A DNA stretch of 61,606 nucleotides, counting the filler, from Globobulimina sp. (taxonomy: Eukaryota): assembly GCA_003354225.1 (NCBI GenBank). It is 16 parts of 16 records of this genome, joined end to end, with 100 filler letters (N's around TTAATTAATTAA, not from the genome) between each part and the next. Parts side by side here need not be neighbours in the genome. Positions count along the whole stretch, not along the records: positions 1 to 3,761 come from PIVH01002143.1; positions 3,862 to 7,621 come from PIVH01002144.1; positions 7,722 to 11,481 come from PIVH01002145.1; 13 more parts are not named here. The stretch is one strand, 5' to 3'. Below, in pieces: positions 1-11,581 of the stretch (position 1 is the stretch's first letter; the number at the start of each line of letters is the position of its first letter). The position numbers and the translations under genes are program-made. Below the pieces are notes generated by a model. It had not been told where the DNA came from. It saw only the letters and a list, made by a program, of their open reading frames with translations, and did not search any database.

Positions 1-71
1 TTGTTGACAATATTTCCTTCAACACGCAATGTTCTGATTCTTCTGAAAGTCACATTGTTGAGATACCATCA

Positions 72-941
72 ATGATTTGCGGAACACATTTTCAAGTGAA
101 TGATATGATTATATACAACGACATAATTGGAAAGATATTACAATTAACTCCAAATAAAACCGCAAAAATTAAAACTAATGATGATAATCAGACAATTAAT
201 GTACAATTAGCTGACCTTGTTCTTCATAGTATCGCTTATATGATGGTGGTTGATGCCACAAATAGAAATAAGATATTGTACGATTTACTTTTGAGCAACA
301 ATAATGATCCTGAACTCTATCAATTTTATAATTCATTATGCAATTCTTTATTAACTATTTATGAGGAGGAGGTCTATTTTGGTGCACAATGTCTAAGTAA
401 TGTGGTTGCAAGCATTATTTTTGAGTTTTTATACTGTTCCGAAGAACATATTGATGATATTATGTTTTATGATTATCAGAAATATCATATTGACTGTCCT
501 TCTCATGATGATTGTTTATTTGTGGAACCAATTTGGCAGAAATCTTTAATTACGAAATATGGAGTGGCACTTGGTTGGACTGCACAAGATTTAATGGACA
601 GCTGGGTCAATGCTTGTCAGATTTGTAACGTTGAAATATCTTGGTGGGATTTTGTGTATGCGTGTCACTATGCATTTGAGAACGATGGTAATTGTTGTTT
701 TTGTATTTCTTGCATTCATTCATTGGTCACAACACATAAAGAAATGGATATATTGCTTTCTAAATTATTGGAACATGTAGTTGGAGATGATTGCATACAA
801 GAGATTGTTGAGTATTGTGTGGGAAGAGTAAGAAGTAAAATGAATCAATCAACGAAACGAAAGATAAGTGATAGTGACAACGAAACGAAAGATCGGCGTG
901 TCGAATTCGCTGAGCCTCCATTGAAAAGAAGGCGGTTGTAG
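72..941 (+). CDS. Hypothetical protein with Cys-rich segment and C-terminal NLS-like tail
   Basis: Intact 289-aa ORF; CQIC...CHY...CCFCISC cluster; ends PPLKRRRL. No family recognised. Confidence 0.6.
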   Translation: MICGTHFQVNDMIIYNDIIGKILQLTPNKTAKIKTNDDNQTINVQLADLVLHSIAYMMVVDATNRNKILYDLLLSNNNDPELYQFYNSLCNSLLTIYEEEVYFGAQCLSNVVASIIFEFLYCSEEHIDDIMFYDYQKYHIDCPSHDDCLFVEPIWQKSLITKYGVALGWTAQDLMDSWVNACQICNVEISWWDFVYACHYAFENDGNCCFCISCIHSLVTTHKEMDILLSKLLEHVVGDDCIQEIVEYCVGRVRSKMNQSTKRKISDSDNETKDRRVEFAEPPLKRRRL

Positions 942-1175
942 CAAAAAACTTTAAAAATTAATTCTTCCTGGAGTCGGACTTAAGACCTGACTGAATTTTA
1001 ACCCACTACTATTCAAAACGTAACGATGAAGACGGTTGTAGCATCTGTGTTAATTATTTTGGGAGTAAAAGCATTCACACCATGTTTACATCGAGACCCA
1101 AATGGGCCAGTTGAACATATTTTGGATGAAGCAAGTATGACATCAGAAATCAAATTAAATTATTTGCAATAATAA

Positions 1176-1386
1176 GGAAGGAAAATAGGTTATTAATAAA
1201 ATGTTAAAGGTAACATTTAACTTTTTGCTTTTCCATTTGAAATTACTGTTTTTTACTGTAAACTCTTTGAATTACAGTTTTTTACAGATTATTCAAAATA
1301 AAAACATTGAAAGTCAAAATTGAATTGTTAAAGGTTGTGTTTCGTCGGGAACCATTAACATTTTATTATTAACCTATTTTCCTTCC
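1176..1386. mobile_element. MITE-like element with 36-bp terminal inverted repeats
   Basis: GGAAGGAAAATAGGTTATTAATAAAATGTTAAAGGT (1176-1211) and ACCATTAACATTTTATTATTAACCTATTTTCCTTCC (1351-1386) are reverse complements with 2 mismatches; interior non-coding and AT-rich; TSD unclear. Confidence 0.65.
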
Positions 1387-1820
1387 CTTTAATATTCATC
1401 TTTTCTCCCTCGGTTTTAAAATTGATTTATCCAATGGAAGCAAAAAAAATTATGCTGATATTAATTCTTAGGAGCTCCTGAGTCATTTGATTATAGAGGA
1501 GCAATCATTTAAATATTTCCCAGAGAGTGCTAAAAACAAAATATCAGATATAAAGGATGGTGCGATGACGCACGCAGTAAAAATATTTTTGTTGCAATAA
1601 ACAATCAAAAAATAATATGTATATCCAGTTTGAAATGAAAGAAATGACTGTTTGTCTGTTCATACATAATACATTTGTATTATAATTGAATGAGTTTCTG
1701 TTCGTCAAAGAAAAAAACGAATAGTTAAATATAATTACAACCACAATATTGATTGATTGATTGATATAAATTTAATTAACAATATGAATGACAAATTGAC
1801 AATGGGCTGTCAGGCAGCTT

Positions 1821-3761
1821 TTATTTCTCGTTTGACATAAAATTTGTTTTCTCAGTCAACCAAAATGCATTATTTGTCGGAGCATTTGTGAATGCAGTAA
1901 ATTTATAAAACTTGGAAGCTCGCTTACACGTATTTTTACAGCATAGTATTTTTTTATTCGCAGACTGTTCCTCTAATTTTATTGCTCTATTCAATGCATC
2001 ACCAAATACAGCATACCGTTTTGTACACTCACCCAATACCGTTCCAATAACATATCCCGTTGCTATGCCAATTCTAATCCCAATGGTGTCATCATGAGAA
2101 AATATGTTGGGATTTGTAATTAATTTCAATGCAAACTCTAAAATGGGGTCAGGTGACCCGGTAAAATTAATACAAATATATGCATCGCCGATGGTATCGA
2201 TTTTTTCTAATCCAAACGAGACACACTCAGCGTCTAATTTCATATACAAATTATTCAGAAATGATACAATTTGCGATGGTTTGCGTGTTGATGAATATTT
2301 TGTAAATCCAACTAAATCTGATTCGAATATTGTAGCATTATTAAATTTATCAATAATTTGTTGTTTATTGTTCTGTTGCGATCCAATCATTCTTTCAATA
2401 ACAAATCCTGGCAATAATGTCGATAATTCCTTGGTTATCGATATTTGATCTTTTTGATAGGCTAAATTGATTATGAATAATTCCCGTAATTTATATTCAA
2501 TTTGATACGAAAACCATGATGAGAGTACAAATGAGCCCACTAAAACGACCACATACAAAATAATCACATTTGCATCATCTACGCCTGAAAGTAACTGCCA
2601 ATAAAAAAATATAATATGACACAAACATACTATAAAACAGGTTATCATTGAATAAAAATGTGGCAATTTACTGAAAGATATACATAAAACAATGAATAAT
2701 AATAAACATAGATTATGTATTTTATCTAAATGAAAATATGAGATGCAAAATAATGATGTAATAGCGGATATTATTAATGTTATTGCTTCCAATATTTCTG
2801 TAGTTTGTCGTATCTGATAACTTAAAAATAATGAATAAAATGAATATGTAATACATGAAATACCAAATGTAGTCAATGGACACATATTCCTTATGCTCAT
2901 ATTATAATTGTATGCGGTGTATAATGCTAATGATGATAAACTAAAAATATATAAAAGAAATAGAAACCAATTCGACGATCGTTTGCGTTTTTGAAATTGT
3001 TCATTTCTGAACATTTCTTCTAATTTTATTGCTGGAATGTCTGTAATGCTGCATCTCTTATTATTGATCGCTATTTCTATTGTTTTTTCGCTTAGAACTT
3101 CATCTTTTTCCTTGTGGTCTGGAACAATTTGCAAATCTCCAAACTTCAATGTCCATTTTTCATGATACAGTTTTTGTGTAACTTCTTGCAATCGATTAAC
3201 ATAAACATTTGAGGACTGTTTCGTATTTTGCTTGACCAAAATGCTGCCTTTCACCATCCATCTCGGCATAGAATGCCTTGATTTTGCATCAGGATTTCTT
3301 GAATATAATTGTGCAGATTTAAATTTTGTATCTAATGATTTTCGCTTAGTAACACATTGGTTGTCCTGCAGCACAAAACAATTCATTGTGCCTTTGCCTT
3401 TCATTGCGATATTTTCCCGTAACTCCCATACTAACTTATTCTCAATATTCACACAGGATTTATGAGCAGTGTGTGATATATTTATTTTATATTTAATGCC
3501 AGTGCTGCATATTCGCGATGCAGTGTTCACGGTATCTCCAAATATGCGGAAAAACCTTCTTTGTGCACCAACAACTGTTCCAATCACATTCCCACAATGA
3601 ATCCCAACCGTAATTTGTATAAAATTACCATTTTTCAATCGCAATGTGGAACAAATATCTTTTAGAGCTATGCATGCCTGCAACATTAATTGTGGATGAA
3701 TGTTGTTTGGCATTTCGTTATCTAATAATCCCGCACATAACAAATATGTATTTGCAACATG
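1821..3761 (-). CDS. Membrane adenylate/guanylate cyclase with two class III cyclase domains, 5'-truncated at contig edge
   Basis: VGIHCGNVIG...IFGDTVNTASRI...MKGKG, then about 6 hydrophobic helices, then ATIFESDLVGFT...KIDTIGDAY...IRIGIATG...VFGDALNRA. Confidence 0.9.
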   Translation of the reverse strand, partial: HVANTYLLCAGLLDNEMPNNIHPQLMLQACIALKDICSTLRLKNGNFIQITVGIHCGNVIGTVVGAQRRFFRIFGDTVNTASRICSTGIKYKINISHTAHKSCVNIENKLVWELRENIAMKGKGTMNCFVLQDNQCVTKRKSLDTKFKSAQLYSRNPDAKSRHSMPRWMVKGSILVKQNTKQSSNVYVNRLQEVTQKLYHEKWTLKFGDLQIVPDHKEKDEVLSEKTIEIAINNKRCSITDIPAIKLEEMFRNEQFQKRKRSSNWFLFLLYIFSLSSLALYTAYNYNMSIRNMCPLTTFGISCITYSFYSLFLSYQIRQTTEILEAITLIISAITSLFCISYFHLDKIHNLCLLLFIVLCISFSKLPHFYSMITCFIVCLCHIIFFYWQLLSGVDDANVIILYVVVLVGSFVLSSWFSYQIEYKLRELFIINLAYQKDQISITKELSTLLPGFVIERMIGSQQNNKQQIIDKFNNATIFESDLVGFTKYSSTRKPSQIVSFLNNLYMKLDAECVSFGLEKIDTIGDAYICINFTGSPDPILEFALKLITNPNIFSHDDTIGIRIGIATGYVIGTVLGECTKRYAVFGDALNRAIKLEEQSANKKILCCKNTCKRASKFYKFTAFTNAPTNNAFWLTEKTNFMSNEK

Positions 3762-3861
3762 NNNNNNNNNNNNNNNNNNNNNNNNNNNNNNNNNNNNNNN
3801 NNNNNTTAATTAATTAANNNNNNNNNNNNNNNNNNNNNNNNNNNNNNNNNNNNNNNNNNNN
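3762..3861. other. Artificial contig linker (N44-TTAATTAATTAA-N44), first of 15
   Basis: Identical linkers at 3762-3861, 7622-7721, 11482-11581, 15341-15440, 19200-19299, 23059-23158, 26918-27017, 30775-30874, 34631-34730, 38487-38586, 42343-42442, 46197-46296, 50050-50149, 53903-54002 and 57755-57854. Confidence 0.98.
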
Positions 3862-4149
3862 TATGAGAAACATTTTGCACCCGTTATGAACATTTTTGCA
3901 TGATTATAGGAGCAGTTATGATCATTTTTATTTTCCAGATTAGCACATTATATTTACCAAAATTCAAAACAAGGTTCATGTGTAGTCTTCACGAGTTCAG
4001 TCTGGCAAAAAATACTCAGTTTCAAAATCTGATCTGGCATAACAGCAAAACGAATTGCAATATATATATAAATATTTATCACAATGAAACAAACACAATG
4101 ATGCAAACAATAGATTTTAACCACGACACAGCCTGCTATATTATGCAAT

Positions 4150-5819
4150 TCATTCATTGGCAACATTTTTATTCGGCGATGATTTTGATTCGCTTTGACT
4201 TTTTGTTATTGTCACCGCTAATTCTGTAAAAACGAGTTGTTCACGAAATCTGCTCCTTGAATCATTTAATAACGAACTTATTTCAATCACACAATTCTCC
4301 ATTGGTGGCAAAATATTTTCAATCTTTTTTGCCACACTTTCCCTTTCAAAAACATTTGTTATCGCCATTCGTTTCCGTGATGATATATTCACCTCCAAAT
4401 CTGCCGTATTCTCATTTATATATTTGTCATATATTTGATTGAGCGCATCCCACACAATCTCATTCACTTTGTTCCAATCCAACATATCAATCTCCTCAAC
4501 TTTCTCCACAAATTCCTTTGCAATCACTGACAACTACAAATTATTCAGACATTACCAATAAAAAACACACAAACGTCTTAGCTGAATAACACTTAACTGG
4601 TAACCTCGAAGGAAAATTTAAATGGTACAACAACCCCAATTCATCATTGATTTTGCGTTGAAGCTCATCCTTCTCCAACATTCTGCACTTTAATTGAACA
4701 TACTTTTTGATATAGCATATATTATTGAGCATACATTGATTTTTATTATATATATATACTTAACATACCTCAGTGATAAACAATAAATTCTCAGTAGACA
4801 GCTCTTTCTCTAAAAAATTCATAAAACTCTCATAACCATCTTTTGTAGTCACCAATTGTTCCCACCTGATCTCCAATGCCTGTGAGGCGGTGATTTTGCT
4901 TCGAATTGTTTTGGATTTACGGATTTCTGCAGTTTGTGGGTATATCACCATCACATACAACATAAGACTGGCTAATATGGCATATATTCCAACTGCGATT
5001 TGCATCAACGACACATCAATCATGGTTTGAATAAAAATGAATATTAAAAATTGTAATACAGCGATAAGTTCTATAATCAACGAAATAGCAATCTCTCTTC
5101 GAATCAACCACACATCAGCAAATTTGGGATATTTTGTCCAGAAAAATGTACCAATGCCAATTGCCACCAAGCACCAAACCACAGCGCAGCCCACATCATA
5201 TGCGTAATAAAATGGATGATAAAAATCAGAGATAATATCAAAATGAACGAGAACAAAGAATCGCACTGCGACGAATAGCACAGTGAACAAAGCGGTGCAC
5301 GGTAGTAATATATGGGTACTTATCCAGTCTTCGTCGCCATACTTTCTTTGTCTGTTTTCCAACCACCAGCTGGCCTGTTTTGGTAAACCTATTGGATTGA
5401 TTAATATTTTCCATTTATTTTTAGCTAATGTCCGATTATATTCGTGATCGTAGTACAACAAGTAAATTCTTACTAAAATGAATGCAGCGAGCCAGAATCT
5501 GGCGACATGTGTTACTGTTAAACATATATCGTATGTCAACGGAGACGCAATGTTCAATCTTCCAATGGGATAAAGTGGGACTTCGACTTAGTGTATTTAA
5601 CATATTGTGTTGATATGTTCAGATCGATGTGTATAAGTAACTTAAGATTGAATGGAATAACAGACAGCAAATAATAAGTATTGGTAGTTTGCGTCTTCTA
5701 ACCAACCACTCTTCATTCCAATTTTCTTTTAATTGATAACTGATATAAACCACAGTTGGAATGGAGATGACGCACCACACTCCATATAATGCATATGATT
5801 GTACTAATTCAAACGTCAT
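4150..5819 (-). CDS. Multi-pass membrane protein with C-terminal RGS domain (7TM-RGS-like), 4 exons
   Basis: ATG at 5819. GT-AG introns 5587-5641, 4703-4768 and 4534-4597 join four ORF pieces in frame. RGS motifs GYESFMNFLEKELSTENLLFITE, IYDKYI, LEVNISS, LLNDSRSRF. Confidence 0.85.
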
Positions 5820-6297
5820 GATCTGGCGACTAGTTAAAATACATGTAAAAAAACGCGTTTCTCGCAAAGCAAGATCAAATACAAAAACGCGTTTTAAACC
5901 AGAATACAAAATTTAGTATTGTTGAATCAGACGCGCGACGTCTAACAAACTAAACTGGACATGCAAAATAATTTTGTTATATATGTGACGGAATTTCATA
6001 TATCTTAAATAAAAATAATTGACACCACATACAATACGACACGATCGATGAGAGTACACATTTGGTTCACAACACAACACAAGCAACAAACAAACACAAA
6101 AACAACGAAACGTACACAAATGTACGAACACAATTAATAATTGGGGCTAAGGGGCGTTGGAATTTCAAAAAACAAAAAACACCAAACAAAAGGCACACGA
6201 TTGACACGAATAAGTCATTGGGTGTTTTTTGCAACACCCAATAATATCACTTTTGTTTGGATATTAAATTAATTTAATTTACATATATAAGATTTTC

Positions 6298-7002
6298 TTA
6301 TATATATTGATTATCGTTAAAAGTAGACATTGTTTCAAATTCAAACAATGGATCATATGAAGAGAAAGAATCAGTGGTTGATGCTGTATAATCACCATAT
6401 ATTTCATTATAACATTGTTGTTCCATCGCTATTGGATCTGAAAACGCATTCATTTCATCAAAACAAGGTGGTATTTCTGGAAATGGATTTGAAAACGCAT
6501 TCATTTCATTATAATATTGCTGTCCCATCGGTAGTGGATCTGAAAAAACATTCATTTCATCATTGGCATGCAGTTTATAACATTGTTGTTGTGGCATTAC
6601 TATAGTATTATTACAATACATATCATCATCATCATCACAGTCACTATCAGCAAACGCATTGCCTTTATATTTATTCTTTGCTGCTTGGATGGATGGAGCT
6701 GGTATTGGCGGGCAAATAGGCACCGTTTGTATTTGCTTCATTCGGATAGGTTTTGGAGGAGTAACTTGTTTGCTACGTTTTGGATAGACAGTGATTGGTG
6801 GCAATTTGGTGAAATCTTGAATAAATTGATTATGGCGGTTAATAAATACTGTTTGTGCCTCGGTTGGTATTATCAGGGATGGATTATTGTTTTTGATCAT
6901 GGCATTTTGTTTATGCCGTTTTCTTTTTGGATATGATATATTCGACGGATATCTTTCATTAGCTATGTCAGTGATATTTCTTTTTCTGTTGGATGTTGCC
7001 AT
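6298..7002 (-). CDS. Hypothetical low-complexity protein with NLS-like N-terminus and three internal EMN(V/A)FS(D/N)P repeats
   Basis: 234-aa ORF with RKR/KRKR motifs; the repeats are also visible at DNA level (about 6405-6565). Confidence 0.6.
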   Translation of the reverse strand: MATSNRKRNITDIANERYPSNISYPKRKRHKQNAMIKNNNPSLIIPTEAQTVFINRHNQFIQDFTKLPPITVYPKRSKQVTPPKPIRMKQIQTVPICPPIPAPSIQAAKNKYKGNAFADSDCDDDDDMYCNNTIVMPQQQCYKLHANDEMNVFSDPLPMGQQYYNEMNAFSNPFPEIPPCFDEMNAFSDPIAMEQQCYNEIYGDYTASTTDSFSSYDPLFEFETMSTFNDNQYI

Positions 7003-7282
7003 GTTGGAAATATGTGAAACAATGTATAATGTTGTGAATAATGAAGAATGTTTCTGTTCACGTTGTTTTAGTACGTATACGTGTACTATATTTTAAACAT
7101 TATCAAAATGGCAATATGCAAAAATAACCCCAAATCCGTGTAAATTTGTGTATACAAATCTCAGAGGAAACAAATAACGGATTTGCATGTTTATTTTTGC
7201 ATATTGCCATAATATATATTGTAGCTCAATATGCTTTGATTCTGAGTGACGTAGTTTTCTCTCAGTATTTTCAATTACCAAC

Positions 7283-7621
7283 ATGGCCAGCAGATTATTT
7301 AGAAATGCATTTTCTTTCAACAAAGTGACATTATATGGTACAACAACATTAATAGCAGGTGCCGCATTTTATAGATATCATTCAACGCAACCAACAGTAA
7401 TTGCATCACCAAATATTAATGCTAACAATGAAATTTTATCATATTCACGAAAACACTTTTTTTACGATTCTGCATTGTTTGCAAATAATAAACAAATGTT
7501 TGAACGTTTGACCATTCCACCGGGTGGAACTTCAGTAATTGATGCAATCAATGAAAAAGAACATATATTAATTACAATACAGGGTGAAGGTGAACTATAT
7601 TATAAAATTATCAATGGAACT
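7283..7621 (+). CDS. Putative mitochondrion-targeted cupin-fold protein, 3'-truncated
   Basis: MASRLFRNAFSF resembles a transit peptide; LTIPPGG...EHILITIQGEGEL resembles cupin motif 1. Confidence 0.5.
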
Positions 7622-7721
7622 NNNNNNNNNNNNNNNNNNNNNNNNNNNNNNNNNNNNNNNNNNNNTTAATTAATTAANNNNNNNNNNNNNNNNNNNNNNN
7701 NNNNNNNNNNNNNNNNNNNNN

Positions 7722-9300
7722 TTCATCGGGGTTGACTCCTTCTGGGTCATTCACATCAATATCCCCGGATTTATTAACTAAATTATCATTGTAATCGGAT
7801 GGGTGCTTATAAACGAAATGGTGTTTGCCATCTTTAATTTGATAACAAAATTTCAAAAAATTTTGTTGATGCTGTGATTTTAATAAGTGTTGATGTATCG
7901 TAAATAAACACCGTACGCATTTAAGAGATTGTATAACAATTTCATCTCCCATCCAATGTATATTTTTTAATTGATCTTCAATCAACTTACTTAGCCAAAC
8001 TCCCGTCCACATAATAATATCACTCACATATGATGCGTATTCATTACCGCTCAATTGTTTACATTTTAATAACCACACAATACACTCTAAAATTAGTAAC
8101 ACATTATTACGCCATTCATCCGATTGATTACATGTTGCATCGGCTCCGTTGCAATACTCGTCAAAAACCTCAAGTGTTTTATATAGAAAGGTATGACGGA
8201 ACACAACTTTCTGCAAATTCTCATCGATAGATAATGTCTCAAATATTCTAAACACTTCACACCGTAATACGACATCGGTAAATGCACTGTCATCCAATAA
8301 TAAACTCAATTTTGTTGTTATTCCAACATCACCAAACGCCCTCAGTTGATATTCCGTTGTTTGGTTTTGTGAGAGCGATGCCTGTAATATAGTCACCATC
8401 GCTAATATTTTATTATTTATACTCCACTTATTATTATGTAATATTTGATTTAATTCATCCACGGTCGCCACGCGTATATCACACTTATTTTTATAACTTA
8501 TCAAAGACGGCACCACAGTTTTTATAATACGACAGTTATTCATGTCTATCATACATTGTATTCCCATCGAGCGCGACTCTTTTGTGCCAACGGATATCAT
8601 CGATTGCAACACAATCTGGATCATATAAAGAGCACCGATTTCCAAATTCTTATTTTCATAATAAATATCACAAATTTCAGATAAGAGTTGAGCTCCTTGC
8701 TGTGGGTATTGCTGGCATAACGCGAAAAATAATTTATTTGTTTTATTTATTTCGGGTGCATCCAATCTTAGTGTTTCATGTGCGTATATTTTAATAACTT
8801 GTGCAATAATTTGTAATACGGGTGGCGATAACATGCATTTTTTTGATGTTGTAGTTGCATTGTTTAATGTGTTATAATTTATTTTTATTCTTCGATATTC
8901 TCTAAAATCAGATTGATTTATGGTTTGTCGCACAATTTCTGGGATGGGAATAAATGACTCAATGATGACGCCTAAAAGATTACCATTGTCATCTGTATCA
9001 AATAGAGATTGACGGATGATTATCTTTTCACCATTTGATAATTTATAGCTGGACTCGTCATATTTAGCTTGGACCCACATAAATTGATCATAAATGTAAA
9101 TACATTGCCCAGTATTTGTGTTTGGTGTAATGCAATTCACTGCACACCAGTCGTTTGGGTCTCGTTGTTTGCACCAATCATTTAATACGGATTTGCAATT
9201 TGTATAATTATTCAGATACTGTAATATGTTTAGTCCTTGATGATTATACGCTGGTGTTGGCGCGTTAGAATTCGCAGGTGGTGCATTATCATTTGTATTA
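7722..9300 (-). CDS. Helical (ARM-like) hypothetical protein, 3'-truncated, probably with an upstream exon
   Basis: Long ORF running off the contig, with Leu/Ile-rich amphipathic helices; start not resolved. Confidence 0.5.
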
Positions 9301-9712
9301 TCTGTTCACACCAAACAAACACCACTTTGCACTGAAAAGTAGAGATAGAAAAACCCGTAACTTGGCGTATTTGTATCGATATCTCGTATAGTTATTGCAT
9401 CACATTCTCGTTTGCTATCAATGTCGCTATGAATTATATGTTTTGATTTTGGTGAAGGATTTTGTGTTTTATTTTTATTAATGAAGTAATTTGTGTTTAT
9501 CAACAATACGAACGCAACGGCAAACCTGCTGAGTGTTTGATTGAATTCATGCACAGAATCATATAATGCGTTGAACATGATTTTCGATTTGTTTATATAG
9601 AATTCTTTTTAGTATATTTTTGTTATTTTATATCGTTTTATTTTTTAGAGAATGATTGATTAAGTAGTTTTAAAGTTTTTTCATAAAATATCAGATTTAA
9701 CATTTAATCAAA

Positions 9713-10980
9713 ATGAGTGCTGCACAAAGAAAAAGACCTTCATCAATAAGTTTGAAGCAAATAGAAATCTTCGAAACAACTGATGATGCTCTCGACTTAT
9801 CCAACAACCCATTATGTGAAAGAATGCTAAAACAACGAAGCAGTGGTCGTCATGAAAGAGAAAAAGTAATTTACAGTGAAGAATTAATGAAAATAACTAG
9901 TAATGGAAAGTTTAAAAAACGTGTGTTGTTGATGACAGATCGAGCCATATACAATTTATTGCCATCAAACGTTAGTAAATGCAAATTAAGAGTCAATTTA
10001 AAATCAATTGCATCTGTCACAGTGTCGACAATCTCGAGACAGGAATTTATAATTTACAAAAGTAACAATGATAAACTATACCGATACAAATCTATAAATA
10101 AAGAAAGATTAATAACCCTTTTAAACAAATCATACGTTAAACAAAGCAAATGCAGCAAATCATTGACAATAAACAAATTTGCAAAATCAATTCAACACAT
10201 TGTAAAAAACAAAACAGTGTCATCAAATTCATCCAATTTATTAGGTATAATTGATATAATTCTAATCCATGCAATTAATATATTCAATGTGTTAATTTCT
10301 ACATAGTTTATGGATATGTTCGAGATTGCATCGCTAAAATGGAGCAAAGGAGAAGTAATATGATCGTGAACATTAATATTATGCCAGCAGCAATATACGA
10401 TATTATGTTATTATATTGCGATGATTTTGAATGTTTTCAAAACTACAATGCGTATATATACGTCGCATTGAATGGTGGCATGAAACGTACGTTTACTATG
10501 ATGGATTATGGGCATTCCACATGTTATGGCTGCATCAGAATACCCTCCGTAAACAACAAAATAATATATCAGTGGCGATTTAAAATTGTGAAAAGAAGCG
10601 ATAGTATGGCCATTGGCATCGATGAAACTAAATATAAATGGAAAGATACCAATTTTGCGAAATGTCAAATGGATGATGAGGCCACAAAGTCATACGGTTT
10701 GTATAATGACGGGAAAAGGTCAGCGTGTGGATATATTATTGGATATTATGAGAATGAGAAAAAACGAAAAGTATTACAATATAAAACAAATGATATTATT
10801 GATATGATTTTGAATTTAAACGATAACACATTGTCATATATCATTAATGGAGCCAAGCAGTTGGAGGTGTTTCGTGGTGTAAAGAAAGAAAGAGACATTG
10901 AATATTGTCTGGCAATATATGCCTATAATAAAGGTGATAGCGTCCGCTTGTTAGAAACACGAATGTATAATTATAATTAA
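9713..10980 (+). CDS. Myosin-I tail (TH1) domain fused to SPRY/B30.2-like domain, 2 exons
   Basis: TH1: EKVIYSEELMKI...KRVLLMTDRAIYNL...VTVS. Intron 10245-10306 (GTATAA...CATAG) joins LL|VYGYVR in frame to the SPRY-like part WRFKIV...MAIGID...YKTNDIIDMILNL...LSYIING. Confidence 0.75.
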
Positions 10981-11251
10981 TTGATGTTGTTTGAAATTGT
11001 GTTTTTATGATTATTTAAATTTTGCCATTTTTAGCATCTGGTAATGTTAAAAAATTGTATCGTTTTTGTTTGTGATTTTGTGCGGCATTTATTATATTTT
11101 GTGTTGTTGTACGTTGTGTTTAATTATGGATGTCAAAGATAGATCGATATAAATTATTGTACGTAATTATAATGTGGATATTCTTCCTGGTATCGACTAC
11201 TTTGCTGAAGGAATGACTTTTGTAGAAAACTTTTGGTTCCACTGAGTACTG

Positions 11252-11481
11252 ATGACAACAAACGAAGAACTGGCAATCAAGATTCTTATGGTTGGTGATA
11301 TAGCCACAGGCAAAACATCTATAATACAACGATATGTTTACAAAGCATTCAATAGCGCATATATAAGCACATTGGGAGTGGATTTTGCTTTGAAAAAAGT
11401 GCGTGTTAAAAACATAAACCTTAAAGTACAGGTCCTGTTCTATAAATTCGTTGATTTCTTCAACAAGTCACAATTTCGTTT
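11252..11481 (+). CDS. Rab-family small GTPase (Rab32/38-like DFALK), N-terminal fragment
   Basis: KILMVGDIATGKTS P-loop; YISTLGVDFALK switch I. Confidence 0.85.
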
Positions 11482-11581
11482 NNNNNNNNNNNNNNNNNNN
11501 NNNNNNNNNNNNNNNNNNNNNNNNNTTAATTAATTAANNNNNNNNNNNNNNNNNNNNNNNNNNNNNNNNNNNNNNNNNNNN

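Noticed and set aside
5849-5896. Two AAAACGCGTTT palindromes (MCB-like)
   Set aside because: Only two copies and no supporting context.
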